Source: Mobula birostris
Taxonomy: Eukaryota
DNA: 64,000 nt
Direction: 5' to 3'
Assembly: GCF_030028105.1 (NCBI RefSeq)
Contig: NC_092375.1
Span: forward strand, 182,501,250 to 182,565,249
Positions 50,992 to 62,167 of the stretch are shown here, one piece after another. Both the position numbers and the translations under genes were made by a program. Position 1 is the stretch's first letter. Each line of letters begins with the position of its first letter. Under the pieces are notes generated by a model. The model searched no databases. It was not told where the DNA came from and saw only the letters and a list, made by a program, of their open reading frames with translations.

Positions 50992-51940
50992 CAGTGTCTA
51001 TAAAAGGTATTCACCCCCATTGGAAGTTTTCATGTTTTATTATTCGTTCAACATTGAATCACTGTAGATTTAATTTGGCTCTTTTGACACTGTGCAACAG
51101 GAAAAGACTCTTTTGTGTCAAAGTGAAAGCAGATCTCTACAAAGTTAACTAAATTAATTACAAATAGAAAACACAAAATAATTGATTACATAAGTATTCA
51201 CTCCCCTTTAATATGACACACCAAATCATCACTGGTGCAGCCAATTGGTTTCAGAATTCACATAATTAGTTAAATGGAGATCTGTTTTGGAGACCTGTGT
51301 GCAGTCAAGGTGCTTCAATTGATTGTAGTAAAAGTACACCTGTATCTGGAAGGTCCAAATGCTGGTGAGTCAGTATCCTGGCAAAAACTGCTCCATGAAG
51401 ACAAAAGAATATGTCAAGCAACTTCACAAAAAGGTTATTGAAAAGCACAAGTCAGGAGATGAATACAAGAAAATTTTCAAGTCACTGAATATCTCTTAGA
51501 GTACAGTTAAGTCAATCAACAAGAAATGGAAAGAATATATCACAGCTATAAACCTGTCTAAAGCAGGCTGTCCTTAAAAACTGAGTGACTGTGGACCAGT
51601 GAGGGAGGCCATCAAGAGACCTATGACAACTCTGAAGGAGTTACAAATTTCAGTGGCTGAGATGGGAGAGACTGCATATACAGTAACGGTTGCCCAGGTG
51701 CTTCACCAGTTGCAGCTTTATGGCAGAGTGGCAAAGAGAAAGCCACTGTTGAAAAAAACTCACAAGAAATCTTGGCTAGAGTTTGCCAGAAGGCATGTAA
51801 GAGACTCTGAATTTAGCTGGAAGAAGGTTCTATGGTCTGATGAAAACAAAACCGAGCTTTTCGACCATCAGGCTAAATGCTATGCTTGGCATAAGCCAAA
51901 CACCACTCACCATCAAAAACACACCATCCCTACCGTGAAG
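50992..51940 (+). mobile_element. Tc1/mariner (Passport-like) transposon, left half, pseudogenised
   Basis: TA|CAGTG TIR with internal direct repeat (gtattcacccc / gtattcactcccc); MKTKE..KKWKEY, YGRVAKRKPLLKK, WKKVLWSDENK, HTIPTVK then truncation. Confidence 0.9.
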
Positions 51941-52254
51941 ATTGTCATTTATCCTGCTATCTGACCCTTTAGCAATATGGTACTAGTATAGATTGTCAAT
52001 ATATTCATTTGGGACCAGTCTTGATGTGTATATGCACCTTGTTATAAGTAATGGTAGCATAAATATTCTTACAAATTGCCCCATATTTGTGAAATAGCTG
52101 CATAACTGGGTAATTATCTTTGCATTTCAAACATAATTTCACAGTACCAACCCAGACAGTAAAATTGCCTTTCAGTTTATGTAACTTCCTTACTAATCCC
52201 CCAATCTAAGAAAAGATGGACTGACATGTTCAATGTGGGTTTGATTCCAGGATT

Positions 52255-52468
52255 GAAGAGATCAGGAGGAATTTCTTTAGCCAGAGAGTAGTGATTCTGT
52301 AGAATCGTGGTATATTTAAGGCAGAGGTTGATAATTCTAGATTAGTCAGGGCATGAAGGGATATGGGGAGAAGGCAGGGATTGGGGATGAGAGGGAAAAT
52401 GGATCAGTCATGATGAAATGGTGGAGCAGACTCAATGGGCCAAATGGCCTAATTCTGCTCCTATATCT
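52255..52468 (+). mobile_element. CR1 3' fragment
   Basis: aggaatttctttagccagagagtagtga...cagactcaatgggccaaatggcc. Confidence 0.75.
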
Positions 52469-52935
52469 CAAACACAAGGAAATCTGCAGATGCTGGAAAT
52501 TCAAGAAACACACACAAAAAATGCTGGTGAACGCAGCAGGCTAGGCAGCATCTATAGGAAGAGGTACAGTCGACGTTTTGGGCCGAGACCTTTCGTCAGG
52601 ACTAACTGAAAGAAGAGATAGTAAGAGATTTGAAAGTGGGAGGGGGATGGGGAGATCCAAAATGTTAGGAGAAGACAGGAGGGGGAGGGATGCAGCTAAG
52701 AGCTGGAAAGTTGATTGGAAAAAGGGATACGAAGCTGGAGAAGGGAGAGGATCATGGGACGGGAGGCCTAGGGAGAAAGAAAGGGGGAGGGGGGAAGCCC
52801 AGAGGATGGGCAAGGAGTTATAGTGAGAGGGACAGAGGGAGAAAAAAGAGAGAAAAAAAGGGGAAAGAAAAATAAAAATAAATAAGGGATGGGGTACGAA
52901 GGGGAGGTGGGGCATTAACGGAAGTTAGAGAAGTT
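52469..52935 (-). mobile_element. PLE 3' region
   Basis: Same sequence as 7588-8050; hammerhead GAAA changed to AAAA. Confidence 0.85.
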
Positions 52936-52936
52936 A

Positions 52937-53122
52937 AAGCAGGATCTCCCAGTGGCCACACATTTTAATTCCATGTCCCATTCCCATTCTGATATATCTA
53001 TCCATGGCCTCCTCTACTGTCAAGATGAAGCCACACTCAGGTTGGAGGAACAACACCTTATATTCCGTCCGGGTAGCCTCCAACCCGATGACATGAACAT
53101 TGACTTCTCTAACTTCTGTTAA
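52937..53122 (+). mobile_element. PLE GIY-YIG endonuclease C-terminus, inverted relative to the adjacent part
   Basis: KQDLPVATHFNSMSHSHSDISIHGLLYCQDEATLRLEEQHLIFRPGSLQPDDMNIDFSNFC*. Confidence 0.85.
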
Positions 53123-53189
53123 TCGTAGTGAAAGGGATTATAACTTGCAGATTCAATCACCGATCACTGGGACTTGGGATTAGATCATA

Positions 53190-53500
53190 AATCTATAAGA
53201 GATAGGAGCAGAATTAGTCCATTTGGCTCATTGAGTCTGCTCTGCATTTCTTCATGGCTACTCCAATGACTTGGCCTTCATACCCACCTGAGACAATAAA
53301 TTCCAGATTCACCACTCTCTGGCTAAAGAAATTCCTCCTCATCTCCGTTTTAAAAGGACACCCCTCCATTCTGAGGCTGTGTTCTCTGATTTTAAACTCC
53401 CTTAGCATAAAAAACATACTGTCACATCCAGTCTATCAAGACCTTTTAACATTCATAGGTTTCAATGAGGTCATCCTACATTTTTCTGAATTCTAGTGCA
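53190..53500 (-). mobile_element. CR1 3' fragment
   Basis: EHSLRMEGCPFKTEMRRNFFSQRVVNL. Confidence 0.8.
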
Positions 53501-53755
53501 CAATTAGCTGTTTAGAAACATCAGTTATTTTCAACAAGTTTTGCTAACCATCTCTTCACTGTGGAAACAATGACTATAATCTTTAGTCAATCAGAGGATA
53601 GTGAGAGTTTAATGATAGTTTTCATTTAACCCAAGCAGAGAACAATAAGGCAGGGAATATAATTTCCTCTCAGACGAGCATCAACAAATGATCTTATAAT
53701 GAAAAGCAATAGCATTGACATTTTAGTGAAATATATGGAGTTTGATGACAGAGAC

Positions 53756-54041
53756 TGTTAGGGCATACTCTAGAGATATGCAATACAGCAAATATTAATT
53801 TCAACAGCAACCAGTCTCCAGATCTGAATATGGATTGTAGATTGAATTTAAAATGCAGCTCAGAACAATGGTCTTTCTGGAGTTCCTTTTTAGAGTAAAT
53901 TGCAGACCAAAAAACATCCAATTGACCTGAGAAGTCTGCATATGCATGAATACAAACAACAATCCATATTCAGATTTGAAGACTGGCTGCTGTTGAGATC
54001 AATATTTGCTAAATTGCATATCTTCAGACTGTGCCCTAACA
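53756..54041. repeat. 286-bp palindromic element (about 100-bp arms), MITE-like
   Basis: GAGAC|tgttagggcatactctagagatatgcaat...attgcatatcttcagactgtgccctaaca|GAGAC. Confidence 0.75.
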
Positions 54042-55339
54042 GAGACAACAACCGGAAAATCACACTGAGGTAGAATCTGGCAGTTAACACTTGGTGGGTA
54101 AAATCTGGGAAGTAACTAAGCCATTTATGGTTTTCATCTTTAAAAAAAAAATAGCTTAATTTCCCAGCAATTGAAAAGTGAGTAGCATTAATTGGTTTTG
54201 CACTCTAATTGACAAGCTGTTAACCACCTGAAAGTGGACTGTTCAGGCAAAGGTAAATATTTACAAAGCAAAATTGCTGTGATACTGGGCATCAGAGTGA
54301 GGAAAGCCTGCCTAAGAGACAAGAGCTCTGTTGCGAAGGCTTAGAAAAACAATGGGGATTGAGGTTGGACATTATGGGACTAACAGGTACCACTCTTAGG
54401 ATCACCAGTGGATAAGACATACAGTAACTGAATCAGGCAGCCTACACAGCCTTTGATGAGGACAATTCACAGATAAGGACCCAGCAGAGGGTTGCATACA
54501 GAAAGCCAAAGCCCAGAAGATTTCTGTAAAAAATCAGAAGTCAACCAGAAATTTAATCCATCCATGTCAGTATTACTGAGAGACAATGGTGGGTTAAGCA
54601 TCATATTTGTGAAACAAAGCATACACACCAAGCACGGTAATTCAAACAACCACACTCACATGCCACAACACAGAAGCTATAAATACATTACAGTTGATTT
54701 GAATACACTTGTGTTGAGAATTTGATGTCATTAGTTAGAAATAGCTAGAGGTCAGCACAAGTTCACAATAGCTTATATTTGAAGAATTGCATGTGATATT
54801 GTAAAGCGAATGGTTTAGGCACAGTTTTGCAGTTGATGTGATGTAACTATGGCGCTCCAAGGATATTATCCTGAAATTATACCATGTACAAATTTTGTAT
54901 CCTGCTAGCTTTTTCCTGCTTATTCATATTTTTACCCTCCTTTCACCTTGCAATGATTACCGTGGATATTTTTGGGTAGTAACATTATGCACAGGATGAC
55001 TCTGGATACATTGAGCTACATGGCTGTCTCGGTCTACTAGCTGCACGTTTGATATTAATTCTGCAGGTGGATGATCTTCACTCACTTCGGAGCTGTAATA
55101 GGATTTTGAATCCAGGGACCTGTCTCTGCCCGGAGCCATCCTTCCTTGTGTTCTGCATCCATTTCAAAGACTCAGTAGATTATCTTAAAGTAATGACACT
55201 CTGGGAAATTGTGGGAAAGTAGATGTTAACTTGCATAATTTGATACATGCATTGTATCAAATTATGCTGGATGTAGGGTTTGATGCCCCTGGGCCCAGAA
55301 ATTCACTTGTATATGCCAACATGCAGCATAATGACAGCA

Positions 55340-55906
55340 ACATGCAACAGTGGCCGTGCCTCCGGCACAGAGTCCGGCCCTGTAGCTCAGAAGGGTAGGG
55401 CAAGGAAGAGGAGGGCAGTTGTGATAGGGGACTCGATAGTAAGGGGGTCAGATAGGCGATTCTGTGGACGCAGTCCAGAGACCCGGATGGTAGTTTGCCT
55501 CCCTGGTGCCAGGGTCCGGGATATTTCTGATCGTGTCCAAGATATCCTGAAGTGGGAGGGTGAGGAGCCAGAGGTCGTGGTACATATAGGTACCAATGAA
55601 ATAGGTAGGAAAAGGGATGAGGTCCTGAAAGGAGAATATAGGGAGCTAGGAAGGGAGTTGAGAAAAAGGACCACAAAGGTAGTAATCTCAGGATTACTGC
55701 CTGTGCCACGCGACAGTGAGAGTAGGAATGCGATGAGGTGGAGGATAAATGCGTGGCTGAGGAATTGGAGCAGGGGGCAGGAATTCGAGTTTTTGGATCA
55801 TTGGGACCTCTTTTGGCGCAGGCGTGACCTGTACAAAAAGGACGGGTTACACTTGAATCCTAGGGGGAACCAATATCCTGGCAGGGAGATTAGCGGGGGC
55901 TTCTGA
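55340..55906 (+). CDS. CR1 ORF1 SGNH/GDSL-esterase domain (5'-truncated; probable frameshift near the end)
   Basis: VIGDSIVRG, LPGARV, VHIGTNEI, KDGLHLN blocks. Confidence 0.85.
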   Translation, partial: TCNSGRASGTESGPVAQKGRARKRRAVVIGDSIVRGSDRRFCGRSPETRMVVCLPGARVRDISDRVQDILKWEGEEPEVVVHIGTNEIGRKRDEVLKGEYRELGRELRKRTTKVVISGLLPVPRDSESRNAMRWRINAWLRNWSRGQEFEFLDHWDLFWRRRDLYKKDGLHLNPRGNQYPGREISGGF

Positions 55907-56024
55907 GGTGACTTTAAACTAGAATGGTTGGGGGGGTGGGAATCAAATTAAAGAGGCTAGGCGTGAGGAGGTTAGTTCACAACAGGGGGATGGGAACCAG
56001 TGCAGAGAGACAGAGGGGTGTAAA

Positions 56025-58961
56025 GTGAGGGTAGAAGCAAAAAGTACTAAGGAGAAAGGTATAAGTGGCAGGCCGACAAATCCAGGGCAAGCATTAAAAA
56101 GGGCCACTTTTCAGCATAATTGTATAAGGGCTAAGAGAGTTGTAAAAGAGCGCCTGAAGGCTTTGTGTGTCAATGCAAGGAACATTCGTAATAAGGTGGA
56201 TGAATTGAAAGTGCAGATTGTTATTAATGATTATGATATAGTTGGGATCACAGGGACATGGCTCCAGGGTGACCAGGGATGGGAGCTCAATGTTCAGGGA
56301 TATTCAATATTCAGGAGGGATAGACATGAAGGAAGGGGAGGTGGGGTGGCGTTGCTGGTTAAAGAAGAGATTAACGCAATAGAAAGGAAGGACATAAGCC
56401 GGGAAGATGTGGAATCGATATGGGTAGAGCTGCGTAACACTAAGGGGCAGAAGACGCTGGTGGGAGTTGTGTACAGGCCACCTAACAGTAGTAGTGAGGT
56501 CGGAGATGGTATTAAACAGGAAATTAGAAATATGTGCAATAAAGGAACAGCAGTTATAATGGGTGACTTCAATCTACATGTAGATTGGGTGTACCAAATT
56601 GGTAAAGGTGCTGAGGAAGAGGATTTCTTGGAATGTATGCGGGATGGTTTTTTGAACCAACATGTCGAGGAACCAACTAGAGAGCAGGCTATTCTGGACT
56701 GGGTTTTGAGCAATGAGGAAGGGTTAATTAGCAATCTTGTCGTGAGAGGCCCCTTGGGTAAGAGTGACCATAATATGGTGGAATTCTTCATTAAGATGGA
56801 GAGTGACATAGTTAATTCAGAAACAAAGGTTCTGAACTTAAAGAGGGGTCACTTTGAAGGTATGAGACGTGAATTAGCTAAGATAGACTGGCAAATGACA
56901 CTTAAAGGATTGACGGTGGATATGCAATGGCAAGCATTTAAAGATTGCATGGATGAACTACAACAATTGTTCATCCCAGTTTGGCAAAAGAATAAATCAA
57001 GGAAGGTAGTGCACCCGTGGCTGACAAGAGAAATTAGGGATAGTATCAATTCCAAAGAAGAAGCATACAAATTAGCCAGAGAAAGTGGCTCACCTGAGGA
57101 CTGGGAGAAATTCAGAGTTCAGCAGAGGAGGACAAAGGGCTTAATTAGGAAGGGGAAAAAAGATTATGAGAGAAAACTGGCAAGGAACATAAAAACGGAC
57201 TGTAAAAGCTTTTATAGATATGTAAAAAGGAAAAGACTGGTAAAGACAAATGTAGGTCCCCTGCAGACATAAACAGGTGAATTGATTATGGGGAGCAAGG
57301 ACATGGCAGACCAATTGAATAATTACTTTGGTTCTGTCTTCACTAAGGAGGACATAAATAATCTTCCAGAAATAGTAGGGGACAGAGGGTTCAGTGAGAT
57401 GGAGGAACTGAGCGAAATACATGTTAGTAGGGAAGTGGTGTTAGGTAAATTGAAGGGATTGAAGGCAGATAAATCCCCAGGGCCAGATGGTCTGCATCCT
57501 AGAGTGCTTAAGGAAGTAGCCCAAGAAATAGTGGATGCATTAGTGATAATTTTTCAAAACTCATTAGATTCTGGACTAGTTCCTGAGGATTGGAGGGTGG
57601 CTAATGTAACTCCACTTTTTAAAAAAGGAGGGAGAGAGAAACCGGGGAATTATAGACCGGTTAGCCTAACGTCGGTGGTGGGGAAACTGCTGGAGTCAGT
57701 TATCAAGGATGTGATAACAGCACATTTGGAAAGCTGTGAAATGATCGGACAAAGTCAGCATGGATTTGTGAAAGGAAAATCATGTCTGACGAATCTCATA
57801 GAATTTTTTGAGGATGTAACTAGTAGAGTGGATAGGGGAGAACCAGTAGATGTGGTATATTTGGATTTTCAAAAGGCTTTTGACAAGGTCCCACACAGGA
57901 GATTAGTGTGCAAACTTAAAGCACACGGTATTGGGGGTAAGGTATTGATGTGGATAGAGAATTGGTTAGCAGACAGGAAGCAAAGAGTGGGAATAAACGG
58001 GACCTTTTCAGAATGGCAGGCTGTGACTAGTGGGGTACCGCAAGGCTCAGTGCTGGGATCCCAGTTGTTTACAATATATATTAATGACTTGGATGAGGGA
58101 ATTAAATGCAGCATCTCCAAGTTTGCGGATGACACGAAGCTGGGTGGCAGTGTTAGCTGTGAGGAGGATGCTAAGAGGATGCAGGGTGACTTGGATAGGT
58201 TGGGTGAGTGGGCAAATTCATGGCAGATGCAATTTAATGTGGATAAATGTGAAGTTATCCACTTTGGCAGCAAAAATAGGAAAACAGATTATTATCTGAA
58301 TGGTGGCCGATTAGGAAAAGGGGAGGTGCAACGAGACCTGGGTGTCATTATACACCAGTCATTGAACGTGGGCATGCAGGTACAGCAGGCGGTGAAAAAG
58401 GCGAATGGTATGCTGGCATTTATAGCGAGAAGATACGAGTACAGGAGCAGGGAGGTACTACTGCAGTTGTACAAGGCCTTGGTGAGACCACACCTGGAGT
58501 ATTGTGTGCAGTTTTGGTCCCCTATTCTGAGGAAAGACATCCTTGCCATAGAGGGAGTACAAAGAAGGTTCACCAGATTGATTCCTGGGATGGCAGGACT
58601 TTCATATGAAGAAAGACTGGATGAACTGGGCTTGTACTCGTTGGAATTTAGAAGATTGAGGGGGGATCTGATTGAAACGTATAAGATCCTAAAGGGATTG
58701 GACAGGCTAGATGCAGGAAGATTGTTCCCGATGTTGGGGAAGTCCAGAACGAGGGGCCACAGTTTGAGGATAGAGGGGAAGCCTTTTAGGACCGAGATTA
58801 GGAAAAACTTCTTCACACAGAGAGTGGTGAATCTGTGGAATTTTCTGCCACAGGAAGCAGTTGAGGCCAGTTCATTGGCTATATTTAAGAGGGAGTTAGA
58901 TATGTCCCTTGTGGCTACGGGGGTCAGGGGGTATGGAGGGAAGGCTGGGGCGGGGTTCTGA
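56025..58961 (+). pseudogene. CR1 ORF2 (APE endonuclease + reverse transcriptase) split by one in-frame TAA at 57270-57272
   Basis: NARNIRNK, YRPP, MGDFN, SDHN; [35 protein letters not shown]; the two ORF-track pieces are in the same frame, 9 nt apart. Confidence 0.95.
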
Positions 58962-59279
58962 GTTGGATGATCAGCCATGATCATAATAAATGGCGGTGCA
59001 GGCTCGAAGGGCCGAATGGCCTACTCCTGCACCTATTTTCTATTTATCTATGTATCTATAATGGTGCTGCATAGTGGACTGAGCTGGTTTGTTTCAGTGT
59101 ACAATATTCATTGGTGAACCTCATTCAAGGGTAGAATACTTAGAAGAGTCAACATCCATGTTTTACTTATTAGCCATAAATGAAGCACAAGTTACTCCAG
59201 GGAACCCTCGTTCCTCATGAAACTGACTAAATGGCATCACCTCTGAACCCTCTGGAAATGACTGTGCTGCTTGAACTCA

Positions 59280-59560
59280 GAACATGGAACATGGATCATC
59301 ACAGCTCTGTCGAGGACCTTCGGCCCATGACATTGTGCCAACCTTTTAACCTACCTCAAGATCAATCTAACCATAAGACCATAAAACATAGGTGCAGAAT
59401 TAGGCCATCTGGCCCATTGAGTCTGCTCTGCCATTCAATCATGGCTGATCCTTTCTTCTATCTCCTCCTCAACCCCAGTTCCTGGCCTAACCCTTCCCTC
59501 TCACATAGCCTTCCATTATCTGTTCACCCATGTACCCATCTAAGAGTCTTTTATATGTCC
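59280..59560 (-). mobile_element. Nested CR1 3' tail fragments
   Basis: A cataagaccataaaacatagg..ggcccattgagtctgctc segment lies inside another CR1 tail, flanked by taacc. Confidence 0.6.
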
Positions 59561-60742
59561 CTAAAGTATTTACCAACAATGGGAGCACAGTTATGGGAGT
59601 AAACATTCCATTTTGCTGAGACCGACTTACAGATCAGGAATAGAAGCTATGGATAGCTAAGTTGGTTCCTGCAAATGGTGAGGTCCAGAAACCAACAAAG
59701 TATGAAATTCTGTGGCACTGGAAAGGCACGACCTGAGAGCTGAAAGCCCATGGGAAAGATCCAAGGGCTTGACTCCAGTGACCTTCAGAGTTAGGTCCGG
59801 GTCATTGAAGGCAACAATTTCTTGCAACACCTGCACAATAACTTTCACACACACCTCAGTACTCATGTGTGTGAGCTCCTGGTAGACACTGCCCACTTTC
59901 CAAGCAGACAACACACTCACTTTCACTCGTCCTTCTGCATTGCAAGGCAAGCGTGAAACCACAGAGTGCACAAACACGAGAGGTTCTGCGGATACTGGAA
60001 ATCTTGAGGACACACGGAGTGATGCAGGAACCATAGATCACAGAATGAGGGGGGCCCTAATGTGATCAGTCAATTGGAAGGTAGGACGTTTTTGATAATG
60101 TAATTGGCCACTACAATATCAAAGACCACCAATATTTCGGGGTAATAAAGGATTGCAGTATATCCATATTAATCCTCTCTCCTACATTCAATTTCTAACA
60201 TATGTTGCAATCACTTTGTTTTACCGGATGCAGGTGCTTCAAATAACTCTTCCTCTTCCTTTGTCATGACAACACTGCTGTGCCTTTCTTATTTCAGACA
60301 CCCGATAGTACAAGGTAAACCAATTGGCGAGATCCTGACGGCTGACAGCAGACCTGTGTTCGTCAGAGCAAGTAGCCTACAGGCCATCACTGCATCTGAT
60401 AGCCCCCTCCACTGACTGTCTGTATCCTGGTCCATCTGAAATATCAGAAAGAAATTTAAAGATGAGAGGTGATCAGAGTGCAGTATCACCATCAGTCAGC
60501 TCTTACTTTATTCCCAAGGCAGTCTGTCTCACCCCTGTCCAGAACTGAAATCTTTTCTCTGTGTTTTGACTAAGAGTGCATCGAGGTAGGAAGCTGAGTG
60601 ATCCTGGCTGAACGTTGTTGATGATTAGCTGGGGACTGAATAAGTTGGAGTCAGAGGGCCTAATGGAAGGCTCATCATTGGGTCTATATGGACAGAATGC
60701 AAAATTAAGAAAGGTGCAGTCACTCTGATGTGAATATACTAT

Positions 60743-61679
60743 TGTCATATAAGGGGGGGTGCTGGTCACAGACCCAAATGCAAGACACAGACACTGAAGT
60801 ACAAGGAACAGGACTTGACTAGAGTAGGGACGTGACAGGATTCAGACCAGGAGCAGGGACAAGAACGCAGACTAGGGCTAGGACATGGACAAGACAGGGA
60901 ACCCAGACAGGGAACTATGCACTAGGAGCCTGGACATGGGCTCCGAGCCAGAGACTGGACAAGGACCCAGAACCTGGGTCTCACCTCAGGCTCACACCAC
61001 AGAATCAGGCAAGGATATGACTACAGGACAGGACGTGGCTGGGGTCTAGAGGCTTGAGCTTGGAGACAGGCTGGGGTCTAGAGGCTTGAAGGCCAGACGA
61101 GGACATGATGGGACAAGGGTACTTCGAGGTGACTCCTGGGCAGGACACGGGACTCCTGGGCAGGACGCAGGACTCTAACCCAACGGCAGCAAGGGACAGG
61201 AAGGGACAGAACCAACCACAGGGTAACGGCAAACAGCCTGGCTTACCTGACAGAGGCAAGGGACAGGAAGGGACAGAACCAACTGCAGGGTAATGGCAAT
61301 CAGCCTGGCTTAACCAACGGAGGCAAGGGACAGGAAGGGAGCTGGGTCCGGGGTGGCTCCAAGACTCAAAGCGGCCGGCAACCTCAGCAGGCTACAGAGC
61401 AGCCAAATCCATATCTCAAAGACTGCTCTAGCCTTCCACCAGTGGGTTGCTCCAAGGCAAGGCGAGGCGAGGCAACAGAAGGAAGGGAAGGGATTCAGAC
61501 AGGAACAACTCAGAAACCAAGCCCTGGTCTCTGGAGGTATTTATGAGTCTGCCCAAATTAGAATCATGTGGCTCAATTACAGTGCTCAACAGAAACGATG
61601 CAAACAGGAGAACCTGGAACAAGGGTCAGTGGACCGGACCATGAACCGGAATGCGGACTTCACTGACCGGACCATGACA
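60743..61679. mobile_element. Gypsy-like solo LTR with internal tandem repeats
   Basis: ACTAT|TGTCAT...ATGACA|ACTAC termini and near-TSD; about 66-bp and 21-bp internal duplications. Confidence 0.7.
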
Positions 61680-62167
61680 ACTACAGACTCCTCAGAAATC
61701 TTGGGACATTGAGGAACAGATATGTGGGCATATTAGGAAAAAGTGCAAAATTAACAGGGTTATCAAAGTGGGTGACTTCAACTTGCTGAATATAAACTGG
61801 AGGATCTCCTTAGTGCAAGAAAGTTAGACAAGTTGGAACTTGTTGGGTGCTCTCAGGAGAGTTTCTTAAATCATATGTAGATAGCCCAACTAGAGAAGGG
61901 GCCAATCTAAACCTGGTGATGGGGAATGAGCCTGGCCAAGTAATTGACTTTTCCGTGGGAGAATACTTAGAAATGGTGGTCACAACTTGTTTAAAGATAG
62001 CTACGAATGAAGATAGGAATGGAATTGTGGGGAAGTAATAAATAAGGTGAGGACAAATTAGGCTGGAGCTGGGGAGAGTTAATTGGGAACATCCGTTTTT
62101 TGGCACATCCACAAGTGATATGTGGAGTTTATTTAAAGGCCCCCAACTGCACAAAGTACAAGATCAA

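Larger units (their letters stand above)
55340..59060 (+). mobile_element. Near full-length young CR1 LINE
   Basis: 5'-truncated ORF1, then ORF2, 3' UTR and ctat-rich tail. Confidence 0.95.

Noticed and set aside
54480-54495. CTCF-like CCAGCAGAGGG
   Set aside because: Lacks the downstream C(G/A)C; a single partial motif is expected by chance
56294-58984. Long minus-strand ORFs (171, 134, 230 aa), and likewise 39284-40423
   Set aside because: Antisense shadows of CR1 ORF2
61185-61340. Direct repeats that might look like a CRISPR array
   Set aside because: Tandem units without unique spacers inside an LTR; eukaryotic context, no cas genes
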